Assembly (NCBI GenBank): GCA_964016885.1
Contig: OZ024756.1
Coordinates: forward strand, 27,838,001-27,902,000
DNA from: Eledone cirrhosa
Taxonomy: Eukaryota
Length of the DNA: 64,000 nucleotides
Reading direction: 5' to 3'
The translations under genes and the position numbers were made by a program. The notes beneath the pieces were generated by a model, which was given only the letters and a program-made list of their open reading frames with translations, had not been told where the DNA came from and did not search any database. Positions 54,461-64,000 of the stretch are shown piece by piece. Numbering within the stretch: position 1 is the stretch's first letter; each line of letters opens with the position of its first letter.

Positions 54461-54576
54461 TCCTCTTCCTGCTATATCAATCATTAACCTAATATATCCC
54501 CTCCATATACTGTACCGATTGTGTTGTTATTTCTGTTTACCTTTTACACACACATATATATATATAGTCAAAAGTA

Positions 54577-54679
<103 letters not shown>

Positions 54680-54701
54680 CATATATATATATATATGTAT
54701 A

Positions 54702-54878
<177 letters not shown>

Positions 54879-54885
54879 ATATATA

Positions 54886-55029
<144 letters not shown>

Positions 55030-56179
55030 GGGGGGGGGGAGAAGAAACATATATTCAGAGAAGACACAGTATAATGTATACAGAGAGTACATGTTCTTCT
55101 CTATAACATGTATTGAGTAGATGTTATCTGTAATATGTATTTACTATATATGCAATATACCGTGTCTTCTCTTGAGATATGGTTCTTTATATATATCTTC
55201 TACATTTGACTTAATATTGCTCTGGATATTGTCTATTGAGCTTGTTTATTGAGAAGCACATAATTGTAACATATTTAATATGTTTGAAAGCAGCAATTCT
55301 TTGCTTAGACTTTGATCTGTTATTTTAATAAATATTTGCTCTACGGTTCTTATATATTTATCCTTATCGAGCCCTCTTTGGATTTTAGTCTTCAAATTTA
55401 TTATTATTACTATATATATATAGTAATAATATATATATATATTTTTTCAACTGATGACAACATTAATGAACCTGTTATTTTTCCCTAAAACATGTTTGCC
55501 AATTCCAGCCCACCCGCCCCTTCAATCTTTCGGCACTACAACGCTATTAGCTGTCAGTCCAGTGGAAAACAGGCGAAGGTGACGTCACTCGTCGACATCG
55601 TTTATTTCCGTATTACTACCACGCGTAAGTGGAGTTTTCACGCGTTTTTTTGAGAGAGAGAAAGGGGACGAGAGAGAGAGGGGACGAGAGAGAGAGGGAA
55701 GAGGAGAGATAGGGAAGAGAGAGAGAGGGAAGACTTAAAAGGGCCAAATTAGAAAACAAATAGGAAAAACAAATAGAAAACAAGTCATGGTTATAAAGCA
55801 TATCGATGTAAGTGGAGTTACTTAAATGAAAATATAGGTGGCCCTTAAAAGGGCCAAATTAGAAAACAAATTTAAGTTAATTAGAAAACAAGTCATGGTT
55901 ACCAATGTAGAAAACAAGTCATTCATAAATTTAAGTTTTATAATCAAATTTTTTTCACCAACAAATATGACAGCTAATAGCGTTGTAGTGCCCAAATTTA
56001 AGTTAATTAGAAAAAAGTCATGGTTATCAATGTAGAAAACAAGTAATAAATTTAAGTTTTAAATTTAAGTTTTATAATCAAATTTTTTTCATAGGTGGCC
56101 CTTAAAAGGGCCAAATTAGAAAACATTTAAGTTAATTAAAAAACAAGTCATGGTTATCAAATAAATTTGATTTATTCAA

Positions 56180-57082
56180 GATTTTACGAACTCCTCCTAT
56201 GGATTTGGAGATAGACCCTCATAACCATATATATTCTGAAACTACATTGCCCAGGGTACTTGGATAAGTATATTTAATTTTAATCAAAGAGTTCATCGGG
56301 GGCACAAAACCGCCGCTGAAACTTTACCTTCGATTTATATGAAATTTAAACCATAGGTAAATGACAAGATATGCCTATTTCAGCAAATTTCAATAAAATG
56401 AAAATACCCTAATGGGGGTTAAACCCCCTATTAGGGTTCACCGGTGGTACAAACTCCTGCTGAAAATGTTTTCCCTTCGATTTATATGCAATTTAAACCA
56501 TAGGTAAACGACAAGATATGATGCCTATTCACATCATTTCAGCAAATTTCAATAAAATTACAATACCCTAATGGGGGTTAAACCCCCTATTAGGGTTCAC
56601 CAGGGGGCACAAAATCCCCGCTGACAATTTTATCGGTTCGATTTATATGCAATTTAAACCATAGATAAATGAAGAGATATGATGCCTATTCACAAAATTT
56701 CAATACTATAAGACACCGTAATGGTGGTTAAACCCCCTATTAGGGTTCCCCAGGGGTACAAACCCCCCTGAAAACTTTTCCCTTTCGATTTATATGAAAC
56801 TTAAACCATAGGTAAATGACAAGATATGATGCCTATTCACAAAAGTTTTCAATTGATATTTTAAAAAAAATTATTTACAAGAAACAAAATAAGAATAAGA
56901 TTTAATAATGCAATTTTGATTTGATATATTACAAAAAATGATGTTTTCCAATTTTTCATGCATTATATTTACATTGAGTAATATTGAGTTTTTCTCCATA
57001 AATTATATCACTGATTTAAAATCAATCATCATTTTCTTACAAAACTGTGTGAAACGCAGCAAGGCGCTGGTAATTCAGCTAG
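56180..57082 (+). mobile_element. Non-autonomous Helitron with internal ~120-bp tandem subrepeats
   Basis: 3' hairpin CAGC-AAGGC-GCTG, then CTAG (57079-57082) followed by T. Confidence 0.75.
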
Positions 57083-57106
57083 TATATATATATATGTGAG
57101 TGTGTG

Positions 57107-57174
<68 letters not shown>

Positions 57175-57178
<4 letters not shown>

Positions 57179-57275
57179 CATTATGTAGGAGAGGTGTAGG
57201 TAGAAACTCCATCCTCTGCCCCATATGCAAACTATGGGTACACAAGAGATGCAGTGGGATCTCAGGAAGTTTAGT
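57175..57275 (+). mobile_element. RTE-type LINE fragment (Cys/His finger inserted in the RT domain)
   Basis: CSLCRRGVGRNSILCPICKLWVHKRCSGISG. Confidence 0.7.
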
Positions 57276-57449
57276 TAGTTGGTATAATCTGGTTTGGTGT
57301 AGTGTAGGTTAGTGTGGTGTGGTGTGTTATTGTGTTGTATCGTATAGCGTGATTCGCTTTAAATTAAAATCATTAAAATGTAATGCCTATCTTCTATATC
57401 TTAAAGAGTGACCTTAAATGTGATTGCAAATGACTTTTTTCTCTGGATT

Positions 57450-58255
57450 AATGTTAGATTTAGGGTTAGTGTTAGGGTAAGTTTTACTGTTAATGGTAAG
57501 TTTATTGTTAGTGACTGTGTTACTGTTAGCATTACTGTCACTGTTAGTGTTACTGTAACTGTTACTCTTACAGTTACTGTTTGCGTTACTGTCTGCACCA
57601 GCGTTAGCATTTGCATAAGCGTCTATGTAAGCTTTTGTGTTAGTGTCTATGTAGACTGGTATTAGCATCTGCGTTAGTGTTTGGATTAGCCTTAGTGTTT
57701 GCGTAAGTGTCAGCATCTATGTCAGCATTTGCGTCAGCGTCTGCATTGGTGATAGTGATTGTGTCAGCATTTCCCTTAGCGTCTGAGTCAACATTTAGTG
57801 TTAGCATTAGTGTTTGTTTCAGTGCCTGCGTCTACGTCAGCTTCTACGTCAGCATCTACGTTAGCTTCTACGTCAGCGTCTCGTTAACATCTACGTCATC
57901 GTTTACGTTAGCTTCTACGTCAGCATCTACATTAGCTTCTACGTCAGCGCTTACATTAGTGTCTGTGTCAGCGTTTGTGTTAGCTTCTACGTCAGCGTCT
58001 GTATTTACATCTACATCAGCGTCAGCGTTTACATTTGCGCCTGTGTCAGCGTTTACGTTAGCTTCTACGTCATCGTTTACATTAGCGTCTGCGTCATCAT
58101 TTACGTTAGCGTCTGTGTCAACGTGTGTTAGCATCTGTGTCAGCATTTATGTTAGCGTCTGCATCAGTGTTTACATTAGCATCTGTGTTAACGTGTGTTA
58201 GCGTCTGCATCAGCATCTGCATCAGTGTTTCCTTTAGCTTCTACGCCAATGTTTA
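57450..58255. repeat. Degenerate 6/24-bp-period repeat (GTTTACGTTAGCTTCTACGTCAGC-like)
   Basis: Direct reading. Confidence 0.8.
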
Positions 58256-58934
58256 CGTCTCTACAGGTCATTAGGTTAAGACTGAACTAAGATCATATCT
58301 ATAAATCATTAGGTTTAGACTGAACTGAGATCATACTTTCTTCTTCTTTTCGTCATCTTCGTTTCCCGTGTCTTCTTTGTCTTTGTTGTCATTTTCATTT
58401 TAGTCGTCTGCTTCGTCGTCTTTTTCTTCTTTTCCATCTAAATATAAAAAAAAATTGTAAACAAATATATAGCTGATCTCTCAGACTTTCACGAAACACC
58501 GAGGAGATACAGTTAATATAACGTGTGGGGAGCTCACATATATATATATATATATATATATATGGTATAGCATGGTGTTATGTGGTCTGGTGTGGTACAA
58601 CATGGTGTGATGTGGTGTGGTATGATATGGTGAGGCGGGAGGGGGGGGGGACACAACGTTAGATTAATGTTAACAATACACATGTAGCATCCACATGTGA
58701 TGAGAAGGGGGAAACAGTGTTTAACTAATTTTAACATTACATGTAGCATCCATCTACAGGTGATTAAGTTAAGACTGAGGTGTAATCATATGAAAAGGTC
58801 AATTTAAAACTACACTGAGATTCTGCTTAAAATGATGGTCAATGAAGTGTTTACTTACTCAGAAACTTTGAAATAACTTTCTTTGTCTTACTGTAACTGG
58901 ACATACCTACGAAATAGAAAACAGGCGAATAGAC

Positions 58935-61650
58935 AGTGGTGTGGTGTAGTGTAGTGGAGTGTGGTGTAGTGTAGTCGACAGTGGTGTGGTGTAGTCGACA
59001 GTGGTGTGGTGTAGTGGAGTGTGGTTTATTGTAGTGGACAGTGGTGTGGTGGAGTGGAGTGTGGTTCAATGTAGGGTGGGGGATATGGTGTGGTGGGATG
59101 AAGTGTGGTAGCATGTGGTGTGATGGCATGTGATGTGGTGTGGCGTGGTGAAATGTGGTGTGGTGTGGCGTGGTGAAATGTGGTGTGGTGTGGTGAAATG
59201 AGATGTGGCGTGGTGAAATGTGATGACGAGGTGAGGTGAGGTGTGGTGTGGTGGGGTGTGGTCTGATGCGGTGTGGTGTGGTGAGATGTGATGTGATGTG
59301 ATATGGTGAGATGTGGTGTGGTGTGATGTGGTGAGATGTGATGTGATATGGTGAGATGTGGTGTGGTGTGATATGGTGAGATGTGGTGTGGTGTGGTGTG
59401 GTGTGGTGTGGTGAGATGTGATGTGATATGGTATGGTGTGATGTGGTGAGATGTGATGTGATGTGATATGGTGAGATGTGGTGTGGTGTGATATGGTGAG
59501 ATGTGGTGTGGTGGGGTGTGGTGAGATATGGTGTGATGTGGTGTGGTGTGGTGTGATGTGGTGTGGTGTGGTGTGATGTGGTGAGATGTGATGTGATGTG
59601 ATGTGGTGAGATGTGGTGTGGTGTGATATGGTGAGATGTGGTGTGGTGTGGTGTGATGTGGTGAGATATGGTGTGGTGTGGTGTGGTGTGATGTGGTGTG
59701 GTGTGATGTGGTGAGATGTGATGTGATGTGGTGAGATGTGGTGTGGTGTGATATGGTGAGATGTGGTGTGGTGTGGTGTGATGTGGTGAGATATGGTGTG
59801 GTGTGGTGTGATGTGGTGAGATATGGTGTGGTGTGGTGTGGTGTGATGTGGTGTGGTGTGATGTGGTGAGATGTGATGTGATGTGATGTGGTGAGATGTG
59901 GTGTGGTGTGATATGGTGAGATGTGGTGTGGTGTGGTGTGATGTGGTGAGATATGGTGTGGTGTGGTGTGGTGTGATGTGGTGTGGTGTGATGTGGTGAG
60001 ATGTGATGTGATGTGGTGAGATGTGGTGTGGTGTGATATGGTGAGATGTGGTGTGGTGTGGTGTGATGTGGTGAGATATGGTGTGGTGTGGTGTGGTGTG
60101 ATGTGATGTGATGTGATGTGGTGTGGTGAGATGTGATGTGATGTGGTGTGATGTGATGTGGTGTGATGTGGTGAGATATGGTGTGGTGTGATATGGTGAG
60201 ATGTGGTGTGGTGTGATATGGTGAGATGTGGTGTGGTGTGGTGAGATGTGGTGTGGTGTGATATGGTGAGATGTGGTGTGGTGTGGTGTGATGTGATGTG
60301 ATGTGATATGGTGTGATGTGGTATGGTGTGATGTGGTGAGATATGGTGTGGTGTGGTGGGGTGTGGTGTGGTGTGATGTGATGTGGTGTGGTGTGATGTG
60401 GTGAGATGTGATGTGATGTGATGTGGTGAGATGTGGTGTGGTGTGATATGGTGAGATGTGGTGTGGTGTGGTGTGATGTGGTGAGATATGGTGTGATTGG
60501 TGTGGTGTGGTGTGATGTGATGTGGTGTGGTGTGATGTGGTGAGATGTGATGTGATGTGGTGAGATGTGGTGTGGTGTGATATGGTGAGATGTGGTGTGG
60601 TGTGGTGTGATGTGATGTGGTGTGGTGTGGTGTGGTGAGATGTGGTGTGATGTGATGTGGTGAGATGTGATGTGATATGGTGAGATGTGGTGTGGTGTGG
60701 TGTGATGTGGTGTGATGTGGTGTGGTGTGGTGTGATGTGGTGTGATATGGTGAGATGTGGTGTGATGTGGTGTGGTGTGATGTGGTGAGATGTGGTGTGG
60801 TGTGATATGGTGAGATGTGGTGTGGTGTGGTGTGATGTGGTGAGATATGGTGTGATGTGGTGTGGTGTGATATGGTGAGATGTGGTGTGATGTGGTGTGG
60901 TGTGATGTGGTGAGATGTGGTGTGGTGTGATATGGTGAGATGTGGTGTGGTGTGGTGTGATGTGGTGAGATATGGTGTGATGTGGTGTGGTGTGGTGTGG
61001 TGTGATGTGATGTGGTGTGGTGTGATGTGGTGAGATGTGATGTGATGTGATATGGTGAGATGTGGTGTGGTGTGATATGGTGAGATGTGGTGTGGTGTGA
61101 TGTGGTGAGATATGGTGTGATGTGGTGTGGTGTGGTGTGGTGTGATGTGATGTGGTGTGGTGAGATATGGTGTGATGTGGTGTGGTGTGATATGGTGAGA
61201 TGTGGTGTGGTGTGGTGGGGTGTGGTGAGATATGGTGTGATGTGGTGTGGTGTGATGTGATGTGGTGTGGTGTGATGTGGTGAGATGTGATGTGATGTGA
61301 TGTGGTGAGATGTGGTGTGGTGTGATATGGTGAGATGTGGTGTGGTGTGGTGTGATGTGGTGAGATATGGTGTGATGTGGTGTGGTGTGGTGTGATGTGA
61401 TGTGGTGTGGTGTGATGTGGTGAGATGTGATGTGATGTGATATGGTGAGATGTGGTGTGGTGCGATATGGTGAGATGTGGTGTGGTGTGGTGTGATGTGG
61501 TGAGATATGGTGTGATGTGGTGTGGTGTGGTGTGGTGTGGTGTGGTGTGATGGGGTGTGGTGTGGTGGGGTGTGGTGAGATGTGGTGTAGTGTGGTGTGG
61601 TGTGATGTGATGGCGTGCGGAGTGATTTGATGTGGTGTGATGTGATGTGA
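58935..61650. repeat. Pentamer-based (GGTGT/GATGT/GGTGA) satellite
   Basis: Direct reading; source of the 940-aa H/T/P ORF. A related tract lies at 62690-63012. Confidence 0.96.
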
Positions 61651-61654
61651 AATT

Positions 61655-62680
61655 TGTTCATCCTATTTTTCATGTGCCATCAACTAATCCAATCTCCAAG
61701 ATGCTTGAAACTGACTTTTTCTCCCCAAAAGAACGGCGGAGTGAGGTGGTTCCCCCTTCACCCGGATAACCCCTGCTTACTCGGAATTTTCTCTTTGATT
61801 CTATTTTCATGCGTTATCAATGAATATGACTTCCAAACCAGTCAAAAACAACTAGCTTTGGAGAAAAAGGAGAGGGAGAGGGGAAGAGTTTTGCAGATCT
61901 TCACCCCACTCACATGTTGTGGGACTTAATCATTTTCGGTATATTTCCTGTGCTATTAATTAATCTGACCTCCTAGATGCTTCTAATCAACTTATTTCCC
62001 TGGGTTAGGTTTAGGGTTGGGGTAATGTTTAGGGTTTAGTTTTAGGGTTGGGGTAAAGTTTAGTTTTAGGGTTGGGGTAATGTTTAGGGTTGGGGTAAAG
62101 TTTAGGGTTTAATTTTAGGTTTGGGGTAAAGTTTAGGGTTTAGTTTTAGGTTTGGGGTAAAGTTTAGGGTTTAGTTTTAGGGTTGGGGTAATGTTTAGGG
62201 TTTAGTTTTATGGTTGGGGTATAGTTTAGGGTTTAGTTTAAGGGTTAGGGTAATGTTTAGATTTAGATTTAGCTTGGTTTGGTTTAGATTTAGAGTTTAG
62301 GGTTGGGGCTAGATTTAATTTTATGTTTAATTTAGTTTTAGTTTCCAAATCCCAGGAAAAAAAAATTGATTCAGAGCAACTAAAAGGTCAGATTAGTTGA
62401 TAGCACTCAAAAGGAGACCGAAGAAAAATCATTAGGGTATAAATCTACAAAACGACAATGGTTTTTCCACCTGCTTTACCCCTCCTTTTTTCTAGAACAA
62501 CTAATCATTTCCAACTGGTTTGGAGGTCATATTCGTTGATAACATACGAAAAATCTTTGAGAAAACTCTGGGGTTAAATGAGAGAAGTGCATCCACCTAA
62601 GTTTTCCATGAAGAGAGAGTCAATAACAAACATCTTGGAGATCAGATTAGTTGATAACACATGAAAAAAAAGATGAGGAA
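61655..62680. mobile_element. Fold-back element with ~340-bp diverged inverted arms and a telomere-like core
   Basis: Arms at 61655-62002 and 62350-62680; core 62003-62345 of TTAGGG/TTTAGGG/TTGGGG variants. Confidence 0.7.
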
Positions 62681-63436
62681 AAAATGTTGGGTGTTATATG
62701 GTGTGGAGTAGTGTGGTGTGTTTTTATGTGGAGTAGTGTGGTGTGTTGTAGTGAGGCGTGGTGTGTTGTGTTGTAGTGAGGAGTGGTCTGTTGTGTTGTG
62801 GTGTTATGTGGTGTGTTGTAGTGAGGAGTGGTGTGTTGTGTTGTAGTGAGGAGTGGTGTGTTGTGGTGTGGAGTAGTGTGGTGTGATGTAGAGTGGTGTG
62901 ATGTAGTGAGGAGTGGTGTGTTGTGGTGTGTTTTTATGTGGAGTGGAGTAGCGTGGTGTGATATAGTGAGGCGTGGAGTGTTGTGTTGTGGTGTTATGTG
63001 GTGTTGAGTAGTGTTAAGGGCCACCTATATTTTCATTTAAGTTAACTCCACTGTTGGTGAAAATGACTTGTTTTAACCATAACTATGAAAATATAGTTCA
63101 TGGTATTAGCTGTCAGAAGTAACTCCACTGTTGATAAAAATTCATTTAAGTTCATGGTATTAGCTGTCAGAAGTAACTCCACTGTTGGTGAAAATGACTT
63201 GTTTTCTACATTGATAACCATGACTAAATCCAATTTATTTGATAACCATGACTTGTTTTCTAATTAACTTAAATGTTTTCTAATTTGGCCCTTTTAAGGG
63301 CCACCTATATTTTCATTTAAGTAACTCCACTTACGCGTGGTAGTAATACGGAAATAAACGATGTTTTGCTTTCATCGGCTGCTTCGACTGACAGCTAATA
63401 GCGTTGTAGTGCCAATCTTTCTAATTTCTCATTCTT

Positions 63437-63472
63437 TCTTCTGATGAAGGAGTAGTGTCCGAAACATTAAGA
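63437..63472 (+). ncRNA. Minimal hammerhead motif
   Basis: UCUU CUGAUGA A GGA-GUAGUG-UCC GAAAC AUU AAGA; same family as 54425 and related to 20599. Confidence 0.75.
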
Positions 63473-64000
63473 CCCTCTTCCTGCTATTTCAAGCGTTAAC
63501 CTAATATATTCCTTCCATATACTGTACCGATTGTGTTGTTATTTCTGTTTACCTTTTATATATATATATATACACACACACACATATATGTGTGTGTGTG
63601 TGTGTGTGTGTGTTCTCAAAACAACTGTCTACACACATCCTGGTCCACAAACACAAAAGAGCTTTCTGTGGCCGCTTATATAAGAATATTTTATACATAT
63701 ATACATTTAGTATTTCAAGGTATTTTCATGGAGGAAGTATAATACATACACACACACACACATACATCACAATACACTACACATACATACATACACATCA
63801 CAATACACTACACATACATACATACACATCACAATACACTACACATACATACACAACTTTCTCGTCCCCCACCCCCACCGCCCACGCACATAACATTCAT
63901 ACACCGGTAACAATGTCAAGCACTTCCACCACAAACACTACTTCCCCCACTGTCACCGCTACTTCCCACCACCACTACCACTACTTCACACTACCACTGT

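Larger units (their letters stand above)
55532..63413. mobile_element. 7.9-kb non-autonomous TIR element with an 8-bp TSD (Merlin-like)
   Basis: TIR GGCACTACAACGCTATTAGCTGTCAGTC at both ends; TSD AATCTTTC at 55524-55531 and 63414-63421; it splits a copy of the 54340-54550 element. Confidence 0.85.

Noticed and set aside
58851-61673. 940-aa His-rich ORF
   Set aside because: Translation of a pentamer satellite.
62003-62345. True telomere or chromosome end
   Set aside because: Short, highly variant, internal and enclosed by inverted arms.

Overview
Eukaryotic, gene-free, extremely repeat-rich non-coding DNA. The microsatellite density and the SINE/LINE complement suggest a mollusc, probably an octopus; this is inference. 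I see no intact host gene, rRNA, functional tRNA or CRISPR array, and all long ORFs in the track come from simple or tandem repeats. The window is a mosaic of (TA)n, (ATGT)n, (TATC)n, (CCA)n and GTG-type arrays; about 18 loci of one tRNA-type SINE; fragments of RTE-, R4/Dong-, CRE- and Tx1-like LINEs; and DNA-transposon relics (Helitron, mariner, piggyBac-like MITE, and a 7.9-kb element with TIRs and an 8-bp TSD). The main signal not visible in the ORF track is about 15 type-I hammerhead ribozyme motifs (CUGANGA - stem II - GAAA - short, often palindromic stem III - UH), plus about 10 half-motifs. They lie in short non-coding elements from several families, mostly embedded in (TA)n tracts and often as inverted pairs, which matches Penelope-like retroelement/retrozyme architecture. 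Four of them share an unusual, greatly extended stem II with compensatory base changes. A second theme is that each retroelement family is tied to its own microsatellite type. All folds and family assignments were made by eye, not computed.
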